A stretch of 63,319 nucleotides of DNA, counting the filler, from Folioceros fuciformis (lineage: Eukaryota): assembly GCA_049999805.1 (NCBI GenBank). It is 15 parts of 15 records of this genome, joined end to end, with 100 filler letters (N's around TTAATTAATTAA, not from the genome) between each part and the next. Parts side by side here need not be neighbours in the genome. Positions count along the whole stretch, not along the records: positions 37,297 to 59,156 come from JBNGIO010002305.1; 14 more parts are not named here. One strand, given 5' to 3'. The notes under the pieces are model-generated. The model was not told where the DNA came from. It searched no databases and worked only from the letters and a program-made list of their open reading frames with translations. Numbering within the stretch: the first letter of the stretch is position 1; each line of letters opens with the position of its first letter. Below, piece after piece: positions 45,801 through 58,300 of the stretch. A program made the translations under genes and the position numbers.

Positions 45801-46217
45801 AAGCTTCTGCATCAGATAAGGTAAGCCAAGCATGGCCTTGGGATTCGAAATCAGCACTGCGTCGATGGAGGACCAATCCAGGGTCCCAAGGTCTGCCAGC
45901 TTGTACCATGGCTCCTGCTCAACAAGTACCTTGCTGTGAACCTCCTTGAAAGGATAGGGCAAACCCCCCTCTTTCGACGACCATGACGAGCTGTCCAACA
46001 CCTTCTGCTTCTTGCTGACATGATGAGCGTCGGGGTCTGGAAGGGCAGAGGGGCCATCCGCGCCTCGCTCGCCAGTCAGAGCAGGTAGAAACAGCAAGGA
46101 AGCATTTAGATCGAGAGGGCACTCGAGGAGTATCCGACTGTTGCAAACATCAAGCACATGACACGAGAGACCAGCCGACGCCTGCTCGCCGACGCTTGTG
46201 ACGGAACAGGAGAACAT
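42894..46217 (-). CDS. INTS9: Integrator complex subunit 9 (inactive metallo-beta-lactamase/beta-CASP), multi-exon; start codon uncertain
   Basis: RILLECPLDL, IDAVLISNPKAMLGLPYL, YATDAVAKLGQLMMEE, SSGQGVGTANWII, GGCVLIP and AEEFLAYVNTIPEWLS. Confidence 0.9.
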
Positions 46218-46420
46218 AATGTTCCGCCCTTTACGCGCTATACCAACTGTTCATCAACGGCATCCCCAGCTCCTAGTCTTCGTTGAGTCTTCCTCTTCTG
46301 GAGGAGCTCAAATACCAGGCGCAGGATATGAGCCTGTACAGGAAAGAAGCAACACAAGTTGAACCAGCAAGTACATGATATAGCGTCTGCTCCAGCTAGT
46401 AACGCATCCCGTAGTTCAGC

Positions 46421-49400
46421 ATGTTGGCACAACCCAGTGTCTTGGCCTGGGACGCCACAATCTCAAGGGAAGGTCAGGATGTGCACCGGCAAGCGTTGAG
46501 GAAACACGAGGAGCTGCAGACGAGAGGGGGCAAGCCCAGCAAGCAGATCCTGCTCAGCGTGCTGAAAGCATGTGGGAGCCTTGTGGATCTGGAGTATGGC
46601 AGAAAAATCCATGCCGACATGGTGGCACACAACTGGGTATCGGATGTGTTTTTGGGAACAGCTCTGGTTGGGATGTACGCAAGATGTGGGAGCATGGTGG
46701 ATGCGGAAAGATTTTTCCACGGGCTGGCCCAGCCCAGTGTGGTTCTCTGGAATGCCATGATCTCGGGCTACGTTCAGCAGGATCAATGTGACAAGGCCTT
46801 GCAACTGTACAGGAAAATGGTGCAGGGAGGCGTAAAGCCAGACAACCGCACGTTTGTTAGTGTGCTGAAAGCTTCTAATGGTCTAGCAGGGAGGGAGCGA
46901 TCTGCATCCAGGAAGACTGGTTGGCTGCACCAAGTGAAGGAGGTTCAGTCTGAGGTGGTTGCGAATGGGTATCAGATGGACCTGTTTGTTGGGAATAGTC
47001 TGGTGTCAGCGTACCTGAGCTGTGGGAGCACACGGGATGCAGAGCGCGTGTTTGACAGAATGGGCCGACGCGATGTAGTGACATGGACAGCCATGATCGC
47101 AGGATTTGCTCAGGAAGGAGACGGTGAGAAGGCCTTGGACTTCTATGCAAGGATGCAGGAAGATGGAATTGTGCCTAACGACCGGACGTTTGTAAGTGTT
47201 CTCAAGGCTTGTGGCAGTTTGGCCGGTAAGGGTGAGCGGCAATGGTATCTTGAGAAGGCGAAGGACATACATGCTGAGGTCTTGGGACGAGGATTGCAAG
47301 GTGATGTCTTTGTGGGAGCCAGTCTAGTGAGCATGTACGTCAAGCTGGGAAGCATGGTGGATGCACAGGATGTCTTCGACATGCTGCCCCAGCGGAATGT
47401 GGTGGCTTGGAATGCAATGCTATCAGGGTATGCCCAGCATGAGCAGGGGGATGAGGCTTTTCAGCTGTATGACCTCATGCAAGCACAAGGGCTGAGGCCA
47501 AACGACCGCACGTTTGTCAGCATGCTCAAGGTGTGCGGGGGCTTAGCGGTTGGGGAAGAGACTACACTGGTGGATGGGGAGTTGCTCAAGCTGGAGTCTC
47601 TGCAGAGGGGACTTAAGGTGCATGCTGAACTGGTCTCAGGACAACATCAGTCTGACCTGTTTGTGGGTGCAACTATTGTTGACATGTATGTGAAGTGCGG
47701 TTCAGTAGTCCATGCCGAGCTGGTTTTCCACACCTTGCCAACGCACGATGTAGTGTCGTGGACAGCAATGATCACAGGATACGCCCAGCAAGCACATCCT
47801 GGAGGACGCGCCCTAGAACTGTATGACAAAATGCAAGCACAAGGAATGAAGCCGGATAAGCGGACCTTTGTGAGTGTCCTCAAATCTTGTGGCAGTCTAG
47901 CAGCCTTGGAGCGACCTGTTCTTCTTGATGGCCAACGGATCAAAGCAAGATGCCTGCACCAGGGCAAGAAGATACACGCAGATGTGGTGGCACTTGGCTT
48001 GGAGTCAGAAACATTTGTTGGAGCTGCACTGATTGACATGTACGCAAACTGCGGGAGCCTGCTGGATGCACGGCATGTGTTTGACAGCTTGCCATCGAGG
48101 GATGTCGTGTCCTGGAATACGTTGATTGTTGGATATGCCCAGCAGCAGCAAGGTGAGAAGGCTCTGCAACTATACAAGCAAATGTTCTCGTCAGGCATCA
48201 AGCCAGATGCGTGGACCTTCGTGAGCGTGCTCAAAGCATGGAGCAGCACGGCAGCCACAGAAGACGCGTCGCATCATGCAAGTGGGTATGAGCAACACGA
48301 GAGCCTGCGCAAGGTGCAGGACATACATGAGGACATTGTTAGAGCTGGGTATGGGTCAGACTTGTTCGTTGCCAACACTCTCATCAATCTGTACGCAAAT
48401 CATGGGAGCATGATAGATGCGTGCCGGGTATTCGACCTGCTCCCCGTTCGGGATGAGGTGTCATGGACAACATTGATAGCAGGATACGCTGCTCTAGAGG
48501 GCAGTGAGGAAGCCATGCTAGTGTACCAGGCGATGCGAAAGCAGGGTATCTCACCAAATAAGGCTACCTTTCTCAGCATCCTTAGAGCTTGCAGCAACAG
48601 GGGTTGCTTGAATATGTGCTCTCAGATCCATTCCGAGATCGTTGAGGCCGGAATCCAGTCTGACGCACAAGTAGCAACCACTCTAATTCATGCCTATGGT
48701 AAATGTGGAAGCATGGTGGATGCTAGGAATGTGTTCAACACCATGGCACGACATGACGTGTTTTCGTGGAGTGCGCTAATTGCAGGATATGCCCGACAAG
48801 GTGAAGGTGAAAAGAGTCTGGAGTGCTTCGAGGAAATGCAACTGGCAGGCATACCGCCAGACGGTGTGACATACTTGTCCGTCCTTGTGGCATGCAGCCA
48901 TTCAGGCTTGGTGAAGGAAGGTTTGGAGTGTTTTGAGGCCATGGGGAGGGACCATAGCTTGACAGTAACGCAGGACCACTACGTAGCCTTGGTTGACATC
49001 CTTGGACGCGCTGGTATGTTTACCGAAGTGGAGACTGCACTGACAGGGATGACTGTGGAGCCCAATCTGGCGCTGTGGCTGTGCTTGCTTGGAGCATGCC
49101 GAAAGCATAGCAATGTGGATCTCGGTAGAAAAGCCTTCGAGCGTGCTGTAGCTCTGGATCCAGGAAACAGTGCCCCGTATTTAGTAATGTCCAACATATT
49201 TGCAGATGCTAACATGATGGAAGATGCACGAAAGATCCTGAAACTAGGGAGGACTGCTGTCGCGAACAAGAAGCAGCCTGGCTTGAGCTGGGTTGAGCAT
49301 AATCAGACACTGCACTCGTTTCTGGTGGGAGATAAAAGCCACCCAGCTCACTCGCAAGTGATTGAAAAGGTAAAAGCCCTTCACTCAGAGATCAATCAGG

Positions 49401-49426
49401 AGCAAGAGAGAGTGTCAGCGACTTGA
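46421..49426 (+). CDS. PLS-class pentatricopeptide repeat protein with long-L (LL) motifs, ending E1-E2-E+ (no full DYW)
   Basis: 1001-aa uninterrupted ORF of P-L-S triplets. It ends KKQPGLSWVE...HSFLVGDKSHP with no HxE/CxxC. Confidence 0.95.
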   Translation: MLAQPSVLAWDATISREGQDVHRQALRKHEELQTRGGKPSKQILLSVLKACGSLVDLEYGRKIHADMVAHNWVSDVFLGTALVGMYARCGSMVDAERFFHGLAQPSVVLWNAMISGYVQQDQCDKALQLYRKMVQGGVKPDNRTFVSVLKASNGLAGRERSASRKTGWLHQVKEVQSEVVANGYQMDLFVGNSLVSAYLSCGSTRDAERVFDRMGRRDVVTWTAMIAGFAQEGDGEKALDFYARMQEDGIVPNDRTFVSVLKACGSLAGKGERQWYLEKAKDIHAEVLGRGLQGDVFVGASLVSMYVKLGSMVDAQDVFDMLPQRNVVAWNAMLSGYAQHEQGDEAFQLYDLMQAQGLRPNDRTFVSMLKVCGGLAVGEETTLVDGELLKLESLQRGLKVHAELVSGQHQSDLFVGATIVDMYVKCGSVVHAELVFHTLPTHDVVSWTAMITGYAQQAHPGGRALELYDKMQAQGMKPDKRTFVSVLKSCGSLAALERPVLLDGQRIKARCLHQGKKIHADVVALGLESETFVGAALIDMYANCGSLLDARHVFDSLPSRDVVSWNTLIVGYAQQQQGEKALQLYKQMFSSGIKPDAWTFVSVLKAWSSTAATEDASHHASGYEQHESLRKVQDIHEDIVRAGYGSDLFVANTLINLYANHGSMIDACRVFDLLPVRDEVSWTTLIAGYAALEGSEEAMLVYQAMRKQGISPNKATFLSILRACSNRGCLNMCSQIHSEIVEAGIQSDAQVATTLIHAYGKCGSMVDARNVFNTMARHDVFSWSALIAGYARQGEGEKSLECFEEMQLAGIPPDGVTYLSVLVACSHSGLVKEGLECFEAMGRDHSLTVTQDHYVALVDILGRAGMFTEVETALTGMTVEPNLALWLCLLGACRKHSNVDLGRKAFERAVALDPGNSAPYLVMSNIFADANMMEDARKILKLGRTAVANKKQPGLSWVEHNQTLHSFLVGDKSHPAHSQVIEKVKALHSEINQEQERVSAT

Positions 49427-50404
49427 ATTGCTCCAGGAATTTACCGCGTATCAGCAGCTGCACATCCCCACCCTCTCCTCGTTCATTAAGATCGACAAGT
49501 ACAGAACTCCAAGGACGTACGGCAACAGGCTGAGCAGCAAGGCAATATTGGACGTCAAACGACAACCTGGGATCCCATCCTGACGAAGGGGTCTGAACAA
49601 GGCCACAGAGAATCCTATGCCCTCGTTATCACGTTGGATACGAAGCCCCTTTCAGATAAACAGTTCAGAGTCCTTGATCTCAGGCTGCTCAGCACCTCAA
49701 GTCGGGTCGTGGAGGACCAGATTGCAGCAAGTCTTCAGTTTCCCTCCTTGAATTCAAATTGCCCTCAGATAGGCGGCAGTCGAACTTGTACAGCCTAAGT
49801 TGTTGCCCGGTACGGAGCGTAAGGCACGATACGGAGTCGGCAGCGTCATATGTGAGGTCATCGTCAACGCCGGCGGCTGCCCAGATCTAGCCAGCAGGGG
49901 AACATGGAGTGTGGCCGGCTTCACCGTCCATTCACTGTGCCTCTGGTAACCTTTCATATTACACGACAACTTGGTGTTCATGTCTCCAACCGGGTGCTCT
50001 GCAGACTTCACTCCACGTCAATCTCGCCTGCCCTGCTATGTCCGAGGAGACGGTGAAGCTCTTGGAAATTCACCTTACACTACCCCTTACTCTGGTCACC
50101 AAAGTTCCTGCCTCTTGACAACAAGGCCGACAGGTCTGACCGAAGGGTGCAACTTTCGTGTATACAATGGCTGGTCTGTCCCATAACGATCGCTTGGATT
50201 AAAAATGGCTCGACAAAGACTCTGTGCAAGCAAAGTTATGAGTATCTTTCGCCATTGTGGGAAGTGAAACCTCTCAAACTCCGATACTCGTTGAGGTCCT
50301 AACAGATGAAACTCTAGCAGACGTAATTTTCTTGCAGAAGAAGCTCAAGCAATTGTACACCCTATATATAGATCACCTCAGATGCGATTCCTTTCACATG
50401 CAGC

Positions 50405-51398
50405 TCAGGCAGGTGTGCTTGTTGCTGGCTCCCGAGGTCTCCAGACGCCTTGACGGTACTTTTCCGTGTAGCGCAAAATCAGCTTTCTCTGTGAACAGTT
50501 AAAGGGGCTTACTTCAGCAAATCCTGCTCACCAAAGAGAATCCTGCTCACCAAAGAGAACTCTGCTCACGCTAACAACCGCGACGACTAACTATCCAAGA
50601 AAAACAGCCAGACACCAATTTTTGAGGAGTCAGAATGAACGCAGCAGTATTTTCTTCACCAGAATCTCAGCCCAAGTGTTGAAAAAAAAGTGCTCATCAC
50701 TCTCCTCAGAGTAAGACTCGGGAACAAACTCGGGGTACGAAAGCGAGGGCCTAGACTAGAACTAAAGGGGCGCACACAGTCTGTTTACAAGCGTCTCCGA
50801 GACGCCTACAAGATGGACAAGCGTGCCCCTCGGTCGCAAAACAGACACAACAAGGCGGAGACTATTGAAGCAATGAACGAGCTCAGACCGGAGAGGAGTC
50901 AGAAAGAACGCAGCATGATTTGTCATCATGAGAAAACATTTCAGTCCAAGTGTTGGAAACATGTGTATCATCATTCTCCTCTCCAGTGAGGCTGACACCG
51001 CAGAAAACGCAAGTTTCATCTACACGGCGACATTTTCAATCACGGAGTTGGCAGCGCTCACCTGTTTGCAAGGAACGCTTATCTTCTTCAGAATCCCCGA
51101 TCTCATGAGCAACAGCTCTTTCATCCCGCCGACCTCTTTCTCAATCTTGTCCGCATGTGCCTCCACGCCCCTTCCTACGGCACTCAGAAAGTCTCGCAGC
51201 CCAATTTCTGCAGCCACAGCCAGTCAGCGCCTTCAACGCGGGCAGAACTTCTTGCACAGACAAACGTCATCACACGACACGCTCAAGACCAGCAGCCGGG
51301 ACTTCAGCAGCACGAGCTCTACCCCTCGATGCAGATAAAACTCTCATTCGGGATTCCCAATGTTGCAGGAGGCGCAGCCCAGACGCGCGGACAGCCAT
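50405..51398 (-). CDS. IGR-motif protein (mitochondrial small ribosomal subunit mS41/Fyv4-like), 3 exons
   Basis: Presequence-like MAVRASGLRLL, then EIGLRDFLSAVGRGVEAHADKIE...LKKISVPCKQ|RKLILRYTEKYRQGVWRPR. Confidence 0.85.
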
Positions 51399-51588
51399 GA
51401 CCAACAGAAGTATGTGCCCACGGTCCAGTTTATGTAGCGCTGGCGGACCTGGGACGCAGTAGGGCAAATGGATTCAAGTTCGGCCGCCGAATTCATAGAG
51501 AAATCAATAACATTTTGAGTTATTCGACCATGTCCTGAGCAGTGAAGGTTGTACACAGGACGGCGCTGTTGATGAGTACATACCTCGG

Positions 51589-54500
51589 ATGGCTTCGGAC
51601 AGTGGGCAGTCACCTGCTGCAGAGGCGGCAAGACAACTCGGAGAGTCGGTTGTGGAAGTTCCCGGCAGCTTGCCGCATGATGGGGATAACTCCTGCGGAG
51701 AGGGAGGAAACGAGTCATTCTCGGGTGCTTCAGTAGCTCCAGAATCTCAATTTAGCTCAGAGCGGCTTGACGAAGCTTGTCTGCAACGTTTCCTAGACTG
51801 GATGCAGGTAATGTTTCTGCAATGTTTGTTTCTCCTCAGGGGAAGGGACGTACAGCTTTTCCCGTCTTGAACGTGGATGGCTGATGTCATTATAGGCCTA
51901 CTAACTCTTCGAAGTTCCTGATGCTCTACACCGTTTGATGGTTTTGGAAGGTAAATGGAGGACAGTTTATCAATTGTCATATAAAGTATTGCAGAGAGGA
52001 ACAGCATCAGAGCTATGGCATGTTTGCCTCCTCCCAGGGTGCTGAAGGTTTGCTGGCTTGCTCTTTTCTGGTAGTCTTGGGGTATTCTGTGAGCATTTTT
52101 CTAATCTGTGAATTTGTTGCAGGCATCCATCTGGTGACACCGTTGCACTTGGCAATTTCACCTGTCACAATCCTGAAAGACCCTTTACTGGGAGAGGAGT
52201 ACATGAAACTGTTTGAAAATGGAGACGTTGATGATAGGTTGTTGATTATGCTTTTTTTGATCGTGGAAAGAGCGAGAGGGAATTCGTCCTTCTGGGCACC
52301 GTATCCTCTAATCCAGGATTCAGCTGCCTGTCTCTTGAATGGTGGAAGTGTTGGTAGCTGCCTGTCTCTAAGGTTGATGGTGGTGATACTCCCTTAAGCT
52401 TTATCACAGCTATCTTGACATACTTCCAGTTAAATTTGGTAATCCCGTTTTCTACTCTCCGGAAGAATTACTCGAGTTGAGAGGAACTGCTCTGTTTTCA
52501 GCCACAGAAGCACAGGTCAGTCTCGGTGTCGGTAAGACCATCACAGCGCTGAGGACATTGGGCTATGACGAGCTAGTGTCGTCTGATGCTGCTTTCAATT
52601 GGCAGGTGAAGTCTCTCAGGAGGGTGTTCGATGACAGGGTTACACCTTTAGCTGCAAGGTTTTTCTCATTGGCAGGCTTATCTGACAGGTGCTGCAAACC
52701 TCTCCCCTTGCAGTCGGCCGCAACATTTTGCCTTACTTAAGGCTCTCATGCCCGGCTGTTCTTTCTGAGGTTTCTGTAGTGGACAGTCAGTCTAAGGAAA
52801 AGCGTGATTGTGCATTGTTGTGAGCACTATGGTCACGGCTCGTCGCTAAGTCTTGATGGTTCGTCACTCTTTCAGGGCCGTTGCGTACGAAGATTTTGTC
52901 TGGTAAGCTTTGGATACTAGTCCTCTTGATGCAACTTCCATGATTTGTCAAGGGTTTGTGAAAACCACGGATAGCAGCTTATTCTTGGGTCAATTTTTCT
53001 CGACATGACTAGACTGTTTGAAGCTAATCTTGCATGTGCTTTAAATGTTGACTGACAGGGCGAATTGCGCCTTCTGGACACGGGCCCTGAGTATTCCTTG
53101 CCCACACCGCTACGTCTTTCCGACGGGACCACGAGCGCAGAGTACACAGGCACTTGCTTCAGGTTCCTTAGATGATAACCCAGCAAGTTCTTTAAATGAT
53201 GACCCAGCAAGTGAAGCAATGGAAGGAGGTCTGCCCAATGGAGATATGCCCGATAGCAGAAAAATTCATGCGCAACACGTTGCACGGAAGGAGACGACTG
53301 CATCGGATGCGAAACATGTTCCACCCAAAGAGACGGCTGAATCGAATGGCACTGAACTCGTAGTTCCTGTTGAGGGGCTTGTTCCAGGCATCGATTTCTG
53401 TAATCATGGTAGGGGCATCATAACATTATGGGTTGTATGCTCCGTTATGGACATCCTGGCTTTTGCTTAGGATTTCCACCACCATCCTGTCAACCACGCA
53501 GATGTCAGGGCCACTACATTGTGGGAAGTTGACAACAGTGAGGGGACTAGCACAAATGTTCCTTGGTCCATGTTCCTGATCACATGTACGTACTCTCTAA
53601 GCCATGTGTGAGATTTGCAATATCAGTTTGCCCTTAAGCCATGTCCCAGTTGTTTTCTTGGGCAAGACGATGGTTCTTACCACTTCAGCCGCTTACTTCT
53701 GCTTTATATGCAGTACCAGGTTACAATCATGATCCGAACAAGGAGATTCGTATCAAGTATGGGAACAAAGGGAACGAGGTATCTTTGCAGGGGACAATGG
53801 ACGAATCCCTGGGCATGTCTCTCATTGGGATGCTGCTATGGTGGTTACCCTGCAATACTCTCTTTCCCCGGTTCTCTCAATGACTCTCAAATTGTTGTTA
53901 TCAGGAGCTGCTGTTTCTATATGGCTTTGTCTTGGACGACAATCCGGATGACTTCATCATGGTTAGTAGATGTAACCTGAGGAATGAGACTCCTGGTTGA
54001 GAACAAAGTGACTGGTTTGCAAGGATGTACATCCTAGGCGGACCGAAACCTACGTGCTCTGTCTCGTTTTAAACAAAATTTACGTCCTCTTGCTTTTTGG
54101 ATTTGCAGGTGCATTTTCCCAGAAGGTTGCTGGAGCAGTCACCTTGTGCCGAGGAAAAGCTCCGGTTTCTCGCCGCACAGGTTCTCATTTGTCACACATA
54201 ATTTGTTTGCTGACCTTTACAGTTCGGGATTTTCCTGGCACTTGCATTGCCCATCTCCAGGACACTGTCCGGGGAGTTACATTAAACCTGACGTGCCGAA
54301 GCCTGAACAAAACGTGCTCTTTCTTCCATTCAGGGTCTTGAGCTACGTTGGTTGCTAAGTGTATCATTGTTGAAGGTAGGCTTCCTGAGAAAATCTCAGA
54401 ATGGAGACCGTAGCTCCGTGCCTGATGTGGAGCCAGAATCTACAACAGCTTCCAGTGGCTACAGTTGGAGTGGGAACCGGAAGCGGCCTCGACATACGTA

Positions 54501-55218
54501 TCAGACGTTTCCTGAACCTGTTCTTGCTGCGTTGCGCACCCTTGCCATGACTGAAGCTCAATATCTCGAAACAATGGCGTTGCTTGATCAGGTACCACAA
54601 AATTTTCAGTGTTCGCTGTGTATCTGCCCCATTTTTGGGGTTGTGACATGGTTTGGGTTCCAAACTGAAGTCCTGTGGTTTGCGTGATACACTTTCACAG
54701 CTGACTGATTCCGGTCGTGTTAGACAACCCACGAAGGAGGACATATCTGCAGCTGTGTGGGAGGTTTGTGGAGATGCAGGGGCTTACAAGCTTCTGATAG
54801 ATTTGTTAATATCTTTGTAAGATCATTTCCATCTGCATTCATCGGTTGTCGTGCAACCTATCCAGAGGATAACGTAGTTTCACTCATCCTCTTTGTTTTG
54901 CCTTGCAGAAAGTTTGGATTGGATGAAGGCACTGGCACTCGCCAAATGGATTCTGCGCTACTGGAGAGAGACCGTGTTGCGCGGCTAAGGCTAAGGTTAA
55001 TTGTCCTGCACTGCTCTAACTGCCCCTTCCCACCTTGGTGGCAACTAACATGTTGTCTATGTCTTAACAGCACTCGTACGCTGGAGCCAATGACGTTGGA
55101 GAGTGATTTGTTGTCAACCAACAAACGCTCATGTATCATATATAGGATGGGTCAGAAAGAGTTGGCAGAGTTGTTCCTAGCAGCAGCAGAAGAGGCGTTT
55201 GACCTTTCTGAGGAGTGA
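51589..55218 (+). CDS. SET-domain protein (Rubisco LSMT/SETD3-like class), multi-exon
   Basis: LQRFLDWMQ, VERARGNSSFWAPYLDILP, WANCAFWTRALSIP, GLVPGIDFCNH and EIRIKYGNKGNEELLFLYGFV. Confidence 0.9.
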
Positions 55219-55360
55219 GCATTTTCAATTACTGAGCGGCCAGCTCCCTAATATTTTAAAAATCAATTACACGCGGAAGACATCACGTACAACAAATCTA
55301 AGGTCTCTCTTCCATTGGGTACATTCGAACAGAAACAAGGGAATCCAAAGCTTCAAAGAT

Positions 55361-58300
55361 TCAGACTCCGAGGTTTTGAACCCGATTCCTCACCAATCGC
55401 AACCTATTGTCGAGCTCCTGCAGCCGGGCTTGTAGGGTGGTGACGCGCTCAGATTCAAGCTGGGCAGCATGTCGGTAAGGAGTCACCACCTGGCTCACAT
55501 CTGCCCGGACCCTCCTGATAGCCTCCTCCAGATCTGTTTGCATAGCAGCATCCAACTGGCGGGCTAAAGAATCTGCAACCCGAGTTACTTTCTTCTTCAC
55601 GTCAGCTCGCCGAAGAGGCAGGTTCAAAATTCCAACCAATCTGCACAGCACGTGATGAGTTGAGTGATCTCGACTCAAAGACGGAACTTCATTCAATCCA
55701 GCCTCTGTTGTGTCTGAAATGCAACCAATTTGAACTCCAGCTTACCCTCCTGCAGAGCACACCCCCAAGGCAATGAGATCTTCCAACGTTGTTGGTAGTA
55801 TAGTCGTCAGAACAGATGCCGACAAGCCTGCGGCGCCGAGTCCACCCACGGTACCCAACACCTGCAGACATGTTCCGCTGTCAGAGGGATTGCAGTCGTG
55901 CTCCAAGTAACACCAGACAGACTCAGTTCTTGTTGCTCACCACTTCCCGCATTTCTTGCTCTAACAAGATGAGGGCGGCCTTGGTGTCGAACTCTTTCAG
56001 CACTTCCATGCTCTTGTTGGGTTCCACGAGAGCCGTCTTGTCGGCAGATTCCAACAACTCCTGTGGTTCTGTCGCATCAGCAGCGGGTAGCAAGTCGGGC
56101 CACCGGCTTATCAGGACTTGAATATAGTTTTTGAGTTGACGCTCATTGTTTGCCTCTAACCATGTAGCATGCTCCTCCAGAGAGACCTGGCGTGTCCAAA
56201 TCCATGCCAGGCTCAACTGCGTGCCATGGAGCAACACAGAATTCATCACAGACAAAGCACCAGGCCAGCAACACGTACCTTTGCATCTGCGTAAGCCGAA
56301 CTCAGAACCTTCCGTTCAAACTCCGCGGCAACAGGCAAAGACTGCGTCCGATCTGATGCAACAATGTACTTGGCGACCACCTCAACATTAGACAGCCGGA
56401 GGACATCCTCGACGAATCTGTCAGCTCGGTCCTTTGCAGCTTGTACCTGCAAGCTAACTGACAAGTATGAGCCGGGGCATGAGTGTGAAGGCAAATCCTG
56501 TGCTTGGCAACACAGGGTAAGGCAGGACACGAGGGGTGCATACCAAGCTAGTGGTGCGCTGACGTTGCAGGATAGCAGTGCTCTGAAGAGCCTCCTCGTA
56601 TCGCTGCACCTGATCTTCCACTTTGTTCAAAGTTTGCAGATCTGCCTCTGCTTTCGTCTTCTCCGATGTGAGATGTCTCTCGCAGGCAGCAAGCAGAGCC
56701 AGGCCGATGCCCAAGGGCGTGTCAAGTTTCAGCCTGATCCTCTCGGCCCCAGCGTCAGTAGAACCGCCCATGAACCCAAGAATGAACTTCTCAAGATCGT
56801 CGAAGCCACTGAGCTTCCAGTCTTGGTCTTCGAACAGGACTGATTCATCGATCACCCCGTCGTTGGAGGCATCCTGCTTCGCTTTGATGGCTCGCCGTGC
56901 AGAGACAGGGTACACGAAGGCCTGCTCGATGTTGAGAAAGCGTTGGGCATTTTCTGCCACGAACTTTTTCACTTCCTCCAGCTGAAAGCCGCAGAAGTGC
57001 AGTCAGGTGGTTTGTTTGGGCCAAGGCCGGGCGCAGAGTCTCCGTGCAGAGCACAGGACTCGGCTACTGAATAGGGGGAGAAGGCAAACACGCCAATGCT
57101 TACCTCCTGGGGCACTTTGAAGACATCGGACTTGTTCAAGATGAAGATCACCTTCTTCCCCCATTGCCGGATGTATCTCAAGAAGGACACCTGAGCAGGA
57201 GCGGAACAGGGAGCGGAGGAATGACAGGTGAGAATAATATCCCAGGAGGTATTAAGAACCCATGGCGTCAACGTAATGAGCAGCCGACCTGACCTCACTT
57301 TCAGTGAAAGGCCTGTCCGCTGAGAGAACGAAGAGAACCAGATCTGCGCGTGGCACGAACTCTTCGGTGAGACGTTGTTGGCGCTGCAGTATGACATTGG
57401 TGCCAGGCGTGTCCACGAGATTCATCTGCTCTGTTTCGTATGTGGTTAGGATTGACTTTGGAAACAGACACACTATACCAGACATCTGAAGGACTGCTGT
57501 AGCCCAACCCATACATAATCCTGACCTGCTTTAGTAGAGGGGCGGGAAGGAACTGCATGAAATGGCCATCAGGATGACGCTCCGACCTCTCCTTTGCCTC
57601 CTCGGAATCTCCACAGTGCCGGAGCAATGTGATCTCGTTTGTGGTGGGCAGCACCCCTTCCCTTAAAAACTTCTTCCCCAGCAGCGCGTTGATGACAGAA
57701 GACTTCCCAGAGTTGAACTCTCCCTGTCATTGGCAAGGACGATAAGGGTGTGTGTCATGGCAACGGTGAAGCAAGCAACCTTCCTGCAGACCCAGCGATG
57801 AAGCAACCAACACTCACCACGACAACAAGAAGGAAGAGCTCATCCAGCTGGGCCAGAGCATCCACCAACAGAGACACCTCCTCCATCTCCGGTGCAGCGT
57901 CTCGAACGAAGTCGATCATAGCAGTGAGAAGCTCCCGTTCTTCCTCCACGATCTGGTCCGCCAAGCGATCCAGGGACTCTTGCAGCGGAGAGCCTCTTCC
58001 TCCAGCCCTCCCTCCCCTCTCGTCGTCAGAGCCATAAACCTCACACTCAAATTCGTCAGAAGAGCATAGAATCCTCTGCTGGATGGCCGAAGCAACATCC
58101 AGTTGCAAACGGGAAACATATGCCCCCACATCTCCCTTCTCCCGGGCATCCGCCAGGTCGAGCACCAGCCCATTCCCGCCGGCCAAGAGATACTCCAACC
58201 CCTCAGACGCATCCAAAAATACCGGGATGCTCACTCCGTCACTCACAGCCCTTACTAAGTCCTGCGACTCCGCAGCCGGAGCATCAGGCTGCAGAATGAG

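Noticed and set aside
49430-50400. Possible remainder of a DYW domain or an extra gene after the PPR
   Set aside because: No HSE/CxDC/DYW motif or other recognisable product is visible, so it is probably UTR or intergenic.
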